Of a DNA stretch of 64,000 nucleotides, positions 9,576 to 18,770 are shown one piece after another. The translations under genes and the position numbers were made by a program. Position 1 is the stretch's first letter. Each line of letters begins with the position of its first letter. The notes beneath the pieces were generated by a model, which worked only from the letters and a program-made list of their open reading frames with translations, was not told the origin of the DNA and did not search any database. Source of the DNA: Candidatus Omnitrophica bacterium UBA6215 (lineage in GTDB: Bacteria > Omnitrophota > Gorgyraeia > Pluralincolimonadales > Pluralincolimonadaceae); assembly GCA_002421665.1 (NCBI GenBank), contig DISH01000007.1:145278-209277 (forward strand), read 5' to 3'.

Positions 9576-9714
9576 TATTACCCTCGGTCTTCCGCGCACG
9601 GGGGCTAAGGTTAGCGCGATCGGCCGCCTGGAAGAACAGGACCGGCCCCGCATTGATCGTCAATTGTGGGGGATGAGATTTTTGCAGGACCGGCCCCGTG
9701 AACCTCGTTGTAAG

Positions 9715-10356
9715 TTACTTCTTCTTTTTTGAAACGCCGAGCAAGCCTATCAAGCCGGAGCCCAAAAGAAGCAGGCTCGCCGGTTCCGGTACGGGTTGAG
9801 TATCAGCGACTACATCATCAAAGTAGACCGAACCGCTCGATCCGGTACCGTTGTTCCTGAGCAAAAGCGAGAGGCTCGCCTTCGCCGTCCCGGCAGGTGC
9901 CACCTGCGCGAGGCAAAGGTCTTCCCACCCGCTGGTTGAGGTATTGCGCGTCACGGTATATGCCTGACCGATCTGCGCCTCGCCGGAATCCACGAATTTA
10001 ACCTCAAGGACCGCTTCTGCATTTACCAAAGCTGTAGGAATATTGACCGGAGCCGTCGCATAGAGCGTCTGCCCTTCGGTCACCGAAGCCCACTGGCCCC
10101 AACCACCCCAGCCGGAGCCGGTTATGGCCTCCTTGCCGGAATAGGAACCGCTCTTTACTATTGAGCTTTCCCTGGTACCTGTGATGTCAGGATCGCTGAA
10201 CATATGCCACCAGTCTCCGGGAACCTGTTCGCCGCTGCTACCCCATGGGCCCCAGGTCTCAAAACCGGGATTCGTAAGGGAATTAGAGGCGACTGCCGCG
10301 GAAGACTGCAAAAGTACCGTTCCGATGAACAATCCCATCAAGATGATCTTCTTCAT
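9715..10356 (-). CDS. PEP-CTERM-anchored secreted protein with CBM4_9-like carbohydrate-binding module
   Basis: 213 aa; signal peptide; NSLTNPGFE start of CBM4_9-like fold; C-terminal VPEPASLLLLGSGLIGLLGVSKKKK = PEP-CTERM motif + TM + basic tail (exosortase substrate). Confidence 0.8.
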   Translation of the reverse strand: MKKIILMGLFIGTVLLQSSAAVASNSLTNPGFETWGPWGSSGEQVPGDWWHMFSDPDITGTRESSIVKSGSYSGKEAITGSGWGGWGQWASVTEGQTLYATAPVNIPTALVNAEAVLEVKFVDSGEAQIGQAYTVTRNTSTSGWEDLCLAQVAPAGTAKASLSLLLRNNGTGSSGSVYFDDVVADTQPVPEPASLLLLGSGLIGLLGVSKKKK

Positions 10357-10403
10357 TTATTCACCTCCTTTCGATTTGGTTTTTCTCCCCGGTTAAATTT
10401 TAT

Positions 10404-10417
10404 TGCCCACGTGGGCA
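10404..10417. promoter_or_regulatory. perfect 14-bp palindrome TGCCCACGTGGGCA upstream of PEP-CTERM gene
   Basis: Seen directly; ~50 bp upstream of start codon at 10356; one of three related CACGTG-centred palindromes. Confidence 0.4.
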
Positions 10418-10501
10418 TATATCTTCAAAAAAATATCCCTCAATGCCTACGCTACTGGCCCCGCCCGCTCGCCATAAGGCGAAAAGGCAGGGCCAACTGA
10501 C

Positions 10502-11092
10502 CTATTTAACTAAGGCTATATCATCGATGTAAATAGTACCTTGTTTCTTAGCCGAACAGGTCATATCGTCGAAAACGATCACGAACTCGGTGATCGAGCT
10601 GAGGTCCGTCAGTCCCGAGAAAGAGCCGAGCGGTATTACCGCTTCCTGCCAATCCTTCGATATGTTATCGTAAGTATACCTGCCTACCTCCCCCTTCGAG
10701 TTCTTGAGCTCAAGCTTTATCTTCTGCGAGAATCCGGCAACTCCGTCTCCCTTGACCCAGAAAGACAGCTTGTCATATTTTGTTGCATCCTGGTTAGGCA
10801 GTTTCATCCAGAAACCGTTATACGCGGGATTGGGCGAGTCTACATCATAATCCAGCTGGACCGAAAAACCGTTACCTCCATGCTTAACATCAGAGGTGAA
10901 GTTGGTCTTGCATCCCTGGGTCGTATCGTTGGGATCCTTGTCCCATGCCCCGAAATCCCCTCCCAGGTTGTTGGGTTTGTCACCGGAATCGAAATTCGCT
11001 ATGACAAGAGTGGCCGCGTAACAAGTACCAGAAAGAACCAATACTGCGATCAAAGCGAAAAAGAGACATGATATTTTATTCATCGAAGTCAT
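10502..11092 (-). CDS. secreted beta-sandwich carbohydrate-binding-module-like protein (CIA30/CBM11-like)
   Basis: 196 aa; signal peptide; paralogous (~50% identity by eye) to C-terminal module of 11293..12528 protein (KPNNLGGD..W..DPND.TQGC...YIDDI). Confidence 0.5.
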   Translation of the reverse strand: MTSMNKISCLFFALIAVLVLSGTCYAATLVIANFDSGDKPNNLGGDFGAWDKDPNDTTQGCKTNFTSDVKHGGNGFSVQLDYDVDSPNPAYNGFWMKLPNQDATKYDKLSFWVKGDGVAGFSQKIKLELKNSKGEVGRYTYDNISKDWQEAVIPLGSFSGLTDLSSITEFVIVFDDMTCSAKKQGTIYIDDIALVK

Positions 11093-11171
11093 AAACTCCT
11101 TTATGTTTTAATGCTGCACTTTCCCCTTGGCTTACCCAATAGCCCTTCACTCATCCACCCCCTTTCAATGT

Positions 11172-11199
11172 TTGTAAATGCCCACGAGGGCATTTACAA
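11172..11199. promoter_or_regulatory. 28-bp perfect palindrome TTGTAAATGCCC-ACGA-GGGCATTTACAA in leader of 10502..11092 gene
   Basis: Seen directly; 12-bp arms, 4-bp centre; lies just downstream of a TTGACA-N17-(TGG)TAAGTT promoter-like sequence on the minus strand. Confidence 0.4.
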
Positions 11200-11264
11200 G
11201 TAAAACTTACCATATAGAGCGGTGTTTGTCAAGAAAACTATATTGCTAATTTTATGGAAATATT

Positions 11265-11278
11265 TGCCCACGTGAGCA
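11265..11278. promoter_or_regulatory. near-palindrome TGCCCACGTGAGCA (third copy of motif)
   Basis: Seen directly; 13/14 match to site at 10404. Confidence 0.3.
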
Positions 11279-11292
11279 ATCCAGGACAAAAA

Positions 11293-12528
11293 TTAATCGC
11301 CAAAACCTATATCGTCTATATATACCCTTCCCTGTTTCCTGTCGGCGTTGACCTTGTCATCGAAACGGATGACGAACTCCTTGACGGAGGAAAAATCATT
11401 AAGGCCGGAAAAAGACTTCAGCGGTATAGCAAACCGCTTCCACTCCCCTGTTATCCCGGATAATGTATATTGGCCCTGTTCACCTTTTGAATTCTTTATC
11501 TCCAGCTTCATGTTCTTTGAGAAGCCGAGCGAGCCATCGCCCTTTATCCATAATATAAGGCTCTTGTAGCGCGAGAGGTCCTGGTCCGGGAAAGCCATCC
11601 AATACCCGTCAAGCGCCTCATTTGGGGAATCCACATCATAATTCAGCTCGAGCATGTAGCCCTTGCCGTCGTGTCCGCCGGTGCTGAAATTCATGTTGCA
11701 TCCCTGCGTCTTGTCATTAGGGTCCCTGTTCCATATCCCCATGTCCCCGCCGAGATTGTTGGGCTTGGAACCCGAGTTGTAATCGGCTACGAGCAATTGG
11801 GGCCCGTGCGCTGATCCAGATGCCGGCGAGGACGGCGGCACGGCAACCGTTGTGACCACGTTCCTCGGATAAGACCTGCCAAGCATATAATCCTTAAGCG
11901 CCGCTTTCTTTTCTATCTCTTCGACTGAAGCGTCGTCAACGAAAAATTTCCCGCTACCGTTCGCGGAATTGACATACTGGACCACGAAATTACAGTTATC
12001 CGCATCCTGGGGGGCTATCGCGGAAAGCGAGATAAGCGTCCATCTCAGGTACGGAAGATTGGCGCCGAACTTCTTGCCGTAATCCCTGCTTATCTCTACC
12101 GGGACATCCTTGCCGTCTTTATCCTTGGTCATCTTCCTCCATTCTATGCTGATCTGGCCGTATGAATCTCCGCTTACGGGGTCTTCGCGGGAATTCAGCG
12201 CATAACACCTGAATACGTATTTGTTACCCGGGATGACTTTTCTATAGGTATAAAAAACGCCGGTAGAATCGCCTTGCTTGGGGCATAACAAATATATCGA
12301 TTGCTGCCCTTTCCTCCTTTCGGTGGGACAAAGTCCGTTAAACGAGGAGTTCCAGCTTCCCCATTCGCGGGGGTCTTCATCCCTGAAACCCGGCCTGTTC
12401 TCGAAGCTGGCGTTGGGAAGGATGTTCCTGCCTATCATAACCGCGTTGCCGTCGGCCGGTAAAAAGATGGCCGCAATGCAGGCAATTATCAACGCTCTCA
12501 ACATTCTATTACCGCCTTTCTCCCCCAC
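11293..12528 (-). CDS. secreted two-module protein (CBM4_9-like N-module + CIA30/CBM11-like C-module)
   Basis: 411 aa; signal peptide; N-module paralogous to 12536..13090 protein, C-module paralogous to 10502..11092 protein. Confidence 0.55.
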   Translation of the reverse strand: MGEKGGNRMLRALIIACIAAIFLPADGNAVMIGRNILPNASFENRPGFRDEDPREWGSWNSSFNGLCPTERRKGQQSIYLLCPKQGDSTGVFYTYRKVIPGNKYVFRCYALNSREDPVSGDSYGQISIEWRKMTKDKDGKDVPVEISRDYGKKFGANLPYLRWTLISLSAIAPQDADNCNFVVQYVNSANGSGKFFVDDASVEEIEKKAALKDYMLGRSYPRNVVTTVAVPPSSPASGSAHGPQLLVADYNSGSKPNNLGGDMGIWNRDPNDKTQGCNMNFSTGGHDGKGYMLELNYDVDSPNEALDGYWMAFPDQDLSRYKSLILWIKGDGSLGFSKNMKLEIKNSKGEQGQYTLSGITGEWKRFAIPLKSFSGLNDFSSVKEFVIRFDDKVNADRKQGRVYIDDIGFGD

Positions 12529-12535
12529 TCCGGAA

Positions 12536-13090
12536 TTACTTTACCTCTACCGTGGCATCATCCGCGTAATACGCACCAGAACCGTCCCTGCGGAAGAACT
12601 GTATCACAAAATTGCACGCGTCCGCTTCGGCCGGGGCCGTGGCCGTCATCTCCTGCCTGGTCCAGTCCGTTTTAGAGGTCTCGGGCCCCCAGATAATACC
12701 CCAGGTACGTTCGGTCTCCCTTTCGTTCTTCAGCCATTCTATACTGAGCTGGCCGTAAGCATCCCCCGATATCGGATCCTTGGATGAATTCAAAACAAAA
12801 CAGGAAAATACGTAGGTCTTCCCTGGGACAACGTTGCGATAACGGTATAATATTCCGCTGTGCGAACCCCTGCTCGGCGCCGAACTTATATATACCGACT
12901 GGTCCCCGGTCCTCCCGGATTCAGAAGTAAGGCCGTTGTATTCGGAATTCCATGACCACCATCCCGCCGGGTTCTCGCCGCTGAAGCCTTTAAGTTCCTC
13001 GAAACCGGAATTCGGAACTATATTGCCTTCCGCATACGCGATCGAATGTAAAGACAATATAACGACGGCCGCAGTTAACAGGTGCCTCAT
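12536..13090 (-). CDS. secreted CBM4_9-like protein
   Basis: 184 aa; signal peptide; NIVPNSGFEEL...; paralog of N-module of downstream gene; 4-bp overlap with sensor gene upstream. Confidence 0.55.
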   Translation of the reverse strand: MRHLLTAAVVILSLHSIAYAEGNIVPNSGFEELKGFSGENPAGWWSWNSEYNGLTSESGRTGDQSVYISSAPSRGSHSGILYRYRNVVPGKTYVFSCFVLNSSKDPISGDAYGQLSIEWLKNERETERTWGIIWGPETSKTDWTRQEMTATAPAEADACNFVIQFFRRDGSGAYYADDATVEVK

Positions 13091-15843
13091 TTTGTGCGCC
13101 TCCTCGCTTTCTTATCTTTCTTCTTAGACAGGACATCCAGGAATACCTTGACTATCTTTGGATCAAAATGGGTACCGGATTCTTCCCTTATTATCTTGAG
13201 GGCGCTCTTCTTTGAATAGGCCTTGCGGTAAGGCCGGTTAGAGACCAACGCCTGATATACATCCACAACCGCGACTATCCTGGCCCCCACGGGTATCTCA
13301 TCGCCTCTTAATTTGGACCCGTAACCGTACCCGTCATAACGCTCGTGGTGGTGGAGGATTATAGGCACGACATTCTTGAGGAAATGCACCGGCCGGATTA
13401 TATCGGCGCCGATCTGCGGATGCCTCTTTATAACATCATACTCTTTCTTGGTAAGCTTGCCCCGCTTCAGCAGGATCTTTTCGCTTATGCCCAATTTACC
13501 TATATCATGCAGCATAGCGCCGTGCTTTATGTCTTCTATATCCTCATCGGACAACTTAAGTTTCCTCGCAACCTCTGTACAATACTTCACCATGTCCTCG
13601 GAATGCTCTTCCGTATACTCGTTCTTCGCCCCAACGGTATGGGCCAGGGCATATACGGCCTCTATGGTGTTCTGCCTGTTCCTGCGCAGCAGGTCCATGA
13701 ATTTCTTCGTTATGGCGCTCACTCGTTCTTTCGAATCTTTGTCGGAAGGAGCATGCCCGGCCTTTCTCTTGCGTAATTGCGCCAAGGCAGCTATTGTGTT
13801 CCCGCCCTGCTCCTTTGCCAGGCGCACGCACTTCTCTACCATGGTAAGCAGGCCATCGACAGCAGCCATGCCGTCTTCCGGGTATGATGCTACTCCGACG
13901 CTCACCCTGAGTTTCACCCTGTGGGTCCCGAAATGGTGCTTCTTTACGATCTTCTGTATCCTCTCGGCAAAAGCGAACGCTCCCCGCCCGTCGGTATCAG
14001 GCAATATTATGGCAAAACCTTCACCCTCAAACCTGGTCACGACATCTATGCCCCTGCAAGTATGCTGGAGCAGTATCGCAAATTCCTGGAGGACTACATC
14101 TCCGAACTCGTGCCCGAAGGTATCGTTGACCGACTTGAAATAATCTATATCGACCATCAGCACTGAAAGGGGGGTAGACCTCCTCTTTGCCAGCTCGAAT
14201 TCCGAATGTATCCTTCTCTGGAAATACCTGTAGTTATAAAGCTGCGTATGGGGATCTATGAGGGCCAGGGCTTCTGCTTCCTTCTTTTCCCTTTCTATCC
14301 TCTTTATCTCAGACATATCCCTGAAGATACCCTGCGACACTTTCCTTCCGCCTATCTCGAGCAGAGAAGCGCTTATATATACCGGTATCCTTTCCCCCGC
14401 CGAATTAATTATCTCGCCTTCGGTAAATGTTTCCCCGTCACCGCCCAACTCCGCGGCTCTGTTTGTAATAGTCCGGAATTTCTCCTTGTATATATCCTCT
14501 TCCTCCGGGGGGTGGAGCCTGGACTGGTGCAGGCCGATTAGTTCCTGCCTGGACCGGCCCATGAGTTTTTCCGTCTTCTTGTTCGCATCAACAATTCTGC
14601 CTGTGGTTATATCGGCTATGAATATTGCGTCATTGGCCGATTCAAAGAGGTTCCTGAACTTCTCCTCGGATTCCCTTGTCCGGGCTTCAAGTTTCTTGCG
14701 CAGCGTTACGTCTCTGGCTATCCCGATAGTGCCGATCACCTCGCCTTTGTCGTTGCAGAAAGGGGTCTTGATCGTCTCTATTATGGTAGAGTTGCCCTTG
14801 CTGTCTATAAGGGGCTCTTCGAATACCTTCCTGCGGCCCGTAGACATTACCTCTTTGTCGTCAACCCTGTATTTATCTGCCAGCTCCCGGTTCCAGACAT
14901 CCGAATCCGATCTTCCGACCAGATCTTCCGCGTTGACCCCGGCGGCCGCCGCAAAAGATTCGTTCACTGCGATGAACCTGCTGTCTTTGTCCTTCAACCA
15001 TGCCATATCCGGGATATTGTTAAGTATGGCGTCCTGGCGCTGTTTTACCTCCTTAAGCAGTATCTCGCCCGATCTTTCGTTAGTGATATCGCGGACTATG
15101 GTTATGATCCTGTTTATCTTCCCGTTATCGAGTATGGGGATCTTCTGGGTCTCGGTTATTATTTCTTTTTTGTCGAGCGATATCTTCTCTTCCGTGGTCA
15201 GGGACCTGCCGGTCTTCAACACCCTGTGGTATTCGTCCCTGCTCCTCTCGGGCAGGAACGGGAAAGCATCGAATACATCCATGCCCGCGATATCCGCCTT
15301 GATGCCAAGGCTCCTGTTCCATGCCTTAAAACTGTCATTTACCAAAATTATCTTCAGGTTTTCGTCAACCACGTGTATAGGATAATTAAGGGAATTTATA
15401 GTCTCATGATAAAGCTTCTCGGCTTCCCTCATCTGCCGCTCGGAGCGCAGTTTTTCGGTTACGTCCTCCACCACTTCTATGGCGGCAACGATATTCCCCT
15501 TGTCATCCTCGATAGGCGATGAGACTATGCGGTAATTCACTGTCCTGCCGGGAAAAACGGTGTCCGTGACGGATTCATGGACCTTTCCGTCGGAAATGGT
15601 CTTTACCACGGGGCAATATGAACAAATGGAATTCCTGGGGGGATAATTGAAAGACTTATGGCATATAGGCTGTTTCTTGATATCGACGTCGGGGAACCAT
15701 CTTTTCATGACCTTGTTTATCGCGATTATCTCCATTCTGGTATTGATAACCGCGACACCGACGCCAAAGTTATCGAGAAGCTTGAAACAGCTCTTATTGC
15801 TCTTTAACCAATCTTCGTCCCTGGTAAAAAGGTTTACGAACAT
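13087..15843 (-). CDS. multi-PAS / degenerate GGDEF / HD-GYP c-di-GMP phosphodiesterase-type signalling protein
   Basis: 918 aa; ~4 PAS repeats; GGDEF domain with intact I-site RGID but A-site RFEGEGF; C-terminal HD-GYP (MLHDIGK ... HHERYDGYGYG). Confidence 0.8.
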   Translation of the reverse strand: MFVNLFTRDEDWLKSNKSCFKLLDNFGVGVAVINTRMEIIAINKVMKRWFPDVDIKKQPICHKSFNYPPRNSICSYCPVVKTISDGKVHESVTDTVFPGRTVNYRIVSSPIEDDKGNIVAAIEVVEDVTEKLRSERQMREAEKLYHETINSLNYPIHVVDENLKIILVNDSFKAWNRSLGIKADIAGMDVFDAFPFLPERSRDEYHRVLKTGRSLTTEEKISLDKKEIITETQKIPILDNGKINRIITIVRDITNERSGEILLKEVKQRQDAILNNIPDMAWLKDKDSRFIAVNESFAAAAGVNAEDLVGRSDSDVWNRELADKYRVDDKEVMSTGRRKVFEEPLIDSKGNSTIIETIKTPFCNDKGEVIGTIGIARDVTLRKKLEARTRESEEKFRNLFESANDAIFIADITTGRIVDANKKTEKLMGRSRQELIGLHQSRLHPPEEEDIYKEKFRTITNRAAELGGDGETFTEGEIINSAGERIPVYISASLLEIGGRKVSQGIFRDMSEIKRIEREKKEAEALALIDPHTQLYNYRYFQRRIHSEFELAKRRSTPLSVLMVDIDYFKSVNDTFGHEFGDVVLQEFAILLQHTCRGIDVVTRFEGEGFAIILPDTDGRGAFAFAERIQKIVKKHHFGTHRVKLRVSVGVASYPEDGMAAVDGLLTMVEKCVRLAKEQGGNTIAALAQLRKRKAGHAPSDKDSKERVSAITKKFMDLLRRNRQNTIEAVYALAHTVGAKNEYTEEHSEDMVKYCTEVARKLKLSDEDIEDIKHGAMLHDIGKLGISEKILLKRGKLTKKEYDVIKRHPQIGADIIRPVHFLKNVVPIILHHHERYDGYGYGSKLRGDEIPVGARIVAVVDVYQALVSNRPYRKAYSKKSALKIIREESGTHFDPKIVKVFLDVLSKKKDKKARRRTK

Positions 15844-16643
15844 TATCTCTTCTTATGGGTTGACCTCAGGTTATTAAGCATCTCCTGCGCCTTCCTGAAC
15901 GATATCCCTTCATGGACTATGGCCCTTACCGTCTTTATCATGGCCACGGGATCCTCGGACTGCCAGATGTTCCTTCCCATATCGACGCCCGCCGCGCCGC
16001 GCTTGAGCGCTTCGCATGCTATCTCGAGCGCGTCAAATTCGGTCTTCAATTTAGGGCCCCCGGCTATGACTACCGGGACGGGGCAGCTCTTGATGACCTT
16101 TTCGAAATCGTCGCAGTAATACGTCTTAACGAAACTCGCCCCGGTCTCGGCCGCTATCCTGCAGCAAAGCGATAGATAGCGGGCGTCTCTCTTTTCCAGC
16201 TCTTTCCCGACGGCGGTTACGGCCAGGACGGGCATACCATACTCCATCCCTTCGTCCACCAACCGCGCAAAGTTCATTATCGTCTGGTGCTCGTATTTCG
16301 AACCTATATATATCGAGAACGCAACGGCGGAGACGTTCAACCTGACCGCATCCTTCATCGAAACTGTTATCTCTTCGTTAGACAGGTCCTCGCCTATTAT
16401 ACTATTGCCCCCGGATACCCTGAGGACAACCGGTATATCGCTGGAGGCATCCACGCAGTTGCGCAATACCCCGCGTGTAGGCATAAGAGCATCGGTATAC
16501 GGCAGGAGCGGCTTTATTGTCCGGGAAGGATCTTCCAGCTTCGAGACTGCCCCGAGAAAATAACCGTGGTCAACGGCGAGCATTACCGTATGACCGTCAT
16601 CTTTGATTATACGGCTAAGTCTGTTCTTTATACCCCAATCCAT
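15843..16643 (-). CDS. class I fructose-bisphosphate aldolase, DhnA/FbaB family
   Basis: 266 aa; AVDHGYFLG N-terminal motif and overall DhnA-type (archaeal-type) class I aldolase pattern; 1-bp overlap with sensor gene. Confidence 0.65.
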   Translation of the reverse strand: MDWGIKNRLSRIIKDDGHTVMLAVDHGYFLGAVSKLEDPSRTIKPLLPYTDALMPTRGVLRNCVDASSDIPVVLRVSGGNSIIGEDLSNEEITVSMKDAVRLNVSAVAFSIYIGSKYEHQTIMNFARLVDEGMEYGMPVLAVTAVGKELEKRDARYLSLCCRIAAETGASFVKTYYCDDFEKVIKSCPVPVVIAGGPKLKTEFDALEIACEALKRGAAGVDMGRNIWQSEDPVAMIKTVRAIVHEGISFRKAQEMLNNLRSTHKKR

Positions 16644-16677
16644 ATGGCGTATCTCCTTTTTGTAAAGGGCGTTATAA

Positions 16678-16705
16678 ATTATACCTTATTTACCGGTTTT
16701 TTCAA
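16678..16705 (-). promoter_or_regulatory. sigma70-like promoter TTGAAA-N16-TATAAT for aldolase/sensor/CBM operon
   Basis: Minus-sense TTGAAA at 16705..16700, TATAAT at 16683..16678, AAGGAG RBS ~8 nt before ATG at 16643. Confidence 0.45.
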
Positions 16706-18159
16706 GAAGACACTAACCTGTTCTTCTCTATAAGGTACTGGAGCATCTCAAGTTCCCCCCTGTCAAACCAGATCCCGCCGCAATTAATACACCTGTCGAC
16801 CTCTACCGGAAGCCCGTAAGAAAAGAAGCCCCTGGACATCTTCTTCCCGCAATACGGGCAGTCCAACGGGTCCTGTATCTTGTAAAAATTGGGCCTTGGC
16901 GAAAGCCACTGCACCTTTTGGAGGGAATCGGCCATATCCTTTACCTCTTTGGGAAAAGAATAGTTCTCCCTTGCCAGAATCCTGGCGACCGCGTCGCGCT
17001 TAGAGGATATCCCGCCGCAAACCCCGCAACTCATTGCCGGGGCACCTTCGTAAAGCACTTCGGTCAGAGGCTTAAAACACCTCGGACATTTATTGCTTTC
17101 GCCGGCGCCGGAGATCCGGGGAAAAGGCCCCGGATGAGACTTTATTACGCTTGCCGGGGACACGGTATCACAATGGGCCATATCGAGAAGAACCTTGAGC
17201 CTGCGTTTTATCGGCGGATGCGTCGAAAACATATCCTGGAAAAACCCGTCGGATTCATCCAGGGCTTTAAACCCGGTATTCATTATGAATATCGGTGATA
17301 AGGCCTGCGGCACGGCGCCCAGGCCGCGCCAGCCCCTGGAAATTATATAAAGCGATTCTGCCAGGGCCAGCGGATCCCTTGTAAGCTTGACCGCCACCGC
17401 GTCGGCGCGATACTCCCTCTGCCTCGATATGAATATATTGAGCATGTAATTAATGCCTTTTACCGCCAAGAGTATAAAATAGACCACGACAAGGTATGCC
17501 CCAAACCTCGCGCCTATACTTACGCCGGTATCGGACCTGTCCGAGGAATCCCTTAACGTCATGCGGTCTATAACGGAAAGGATCGCGGCATATACCCCGA
17601 AAAGAGAACAGATCAAGGTAGTGGAAAAGCTGTCGCCGGAAGCTATATGAGCGGCCTCGTGGCCTACCACGGCCTCAAGCTGGCTCCTGGTGAGCCTGGA
17701 TAAAAGGCCTTCGGTTATGCCGATAACGGCATTGCCCTTCCCGTCGGAGACGGCGAAAGCGTTCATGCCAGAAACGGGTATCACATAAGCGTCTATGCGT
17801 ATACCCCCGGTAGCAACGGATACTTCATCGACGACATTCCTGAACATCTTATGATAGGAATCCCTAGGGTCGGGCCGCGATGCGTCAAGCAGGTTTAGGA
17901 TATCGCCTACCATATTCCTGGTAGAAAAATACCAGTGGATATACGCTACGGCTAAAGATACGAGGAAGACAAAAACGGATTCGCGTAAAGATAAGACGGG
18001 GACCCCGGCCGCGGCATACGTATAAGCGCCCGAAAAAAAGAACCTGGTCACGATCCAGAGCAGCTGGGCTGCGATGAAATAGAAAACGAGGAGAAACACA
18101 AAGACAACCTGTATCTGCCACGTCTTGTGCTTTTCTATCTCAACGAATGAGTAGGGCAT
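16702..18159 (-). CDS. M48 family zinc metallopeptidase (HtpX-like) with two C-terminal TFIIB-type zinc ribbons
   Basis: 485 aa; TM helices; HEAAHIASGD; C-terminal CPRCF...CGVCGG and CPYCG...CINCGGIWFDRGEL. Confidence 0.8.
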   Translation of the reverse strand: MPYSFVEIEKHKTWQIQVVFVFLLVFYFIAAQLLWIVTRFFFSGAYTYAAAGVPVLSLRESVFVFLVSLAVAYIHWYFSTRNMVGDILNLLDASRPDPRDSYHKMFRNVVDEVSVATGGIRIDAYVIPVSGMNAFAVSDGKGNAVIGITEGLLSRLTRSQLEAVVGHEAAHIASGDSFSTTLICSLFGVYAAILSVIDRMTLRDSSDRSDTGVSIGARFGAYLVVVYFILLAVKGINYMLNIFISRQREYRADAVAVKLTRDPLALAESLYIISRGWRGLGAVPQALSPIFIMNTGFKALDESDGFFQDMFSTHPPIKRRLKVLLDMAHCDTVSPASVIKSHPGPFPRISGAGESNKCPRCFKPLTEVLYEGAPAMSCGVCGGISSKRDAVARILARENYSFPKEVKDMADSLQKVQWLSPRPNFYKIQDPLDCPYCGKKMSRGFFSYGLPVEVDRCINCGGIWFDRGELEMLQYLIEKNRLVSS

Positions 18160-18169
18160 CTATCATGCT

Positions 18170-18727
18170 TTACGCGAAATTGACCTTCGGCGGTTCCTTT
18201 TCTGACAGGTCCTTGAGCTCGAAGAATTCCGCGGGAACGAAACCAAACGCCGAAGCGACGGTATTCGTCGGAAAAGACTTTACGGTCGTATTATACCTGG
18301 TAACTTCGTCGTTATAGTACTGCCTGGCGAAGGCGATCTTGTTCTCCGTAGAAGTCAGCTCCTCCTGGAGCGCAAGCATATTCTGGCTGGCCTTCAGGTC
18401 CGGGTATTTCTCGGCGACGGCAAATAATGAACGCAGGGCGCCCGTAAGGATGTTTTCGGCGCCTTCCTTGTCCCTTACCGAAGTAGCCTGTGTCGCCTGC
18501 GTGCGGGCTTTGATGACGTTCTCGAGTGTTTCCCTCTCGAATTTCATGTACCCCTTTGCGGTCTCGACAAGGTTTGGTATAAGGTCATGCCTCCTCTTGA
18601 GCTGAACATCTATCTGGGACCAGCCGTTAGTCACCCTTAGCTTAGACTGGACGAGGCCGTTATATGCGCCGATAAGCCAGAGCACAGCCGCGATCAATAC
18701 GATAAGGACCACATAGAGCAGTACCAT
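18170..18727 (-). CDS. lemA: LemA family protein
   Basis: 185 aa; N-terminal TM then LemA signature (NGLVQSKLRV..W..IDVQLKRRHDLIPNLVETAKGY). Confidence 0.9.
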   Translation of the reverse strand: MVLLYVVLIVLIAAVLWLIGAYNGLVQSKLRVTNGWSQIDVQLKRRHDLIPNLVETAKGYMKFERETLENVIKARTQATQATSVRDKEGAENILTGALRSLFAVAEKYPDLKASQNMLALQEELTSTENKIAFARQYYNDEVTRYNTTVKSFPTNTVASAFGFVPAEFFELKDLSEKEPPKVNFA

Positions 18728-18770
18728 CTAATGCCCTCCTTGTTATGACAGGCGATTAAGTATACCCTAT

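Noticed and set aside
9637-9690. Direct repeat CAGGACCGGCCCCG x2 between hydrolase and PEP-CTERM genes
   Set aside because: Short GC-rich 14-mer repeated once. Could contribute to a terminator-like structure but no clear stem/U-tract. Likely chance or weak element.
16702-16740. Hairpin AAGAAGA-N11-TCTTCTT after the M48 peptidase stop
   Set aside because: Followed by an A-run rather than U-run on the transcript. The region is better explained as the -35 side of the aldolase operon promoter.
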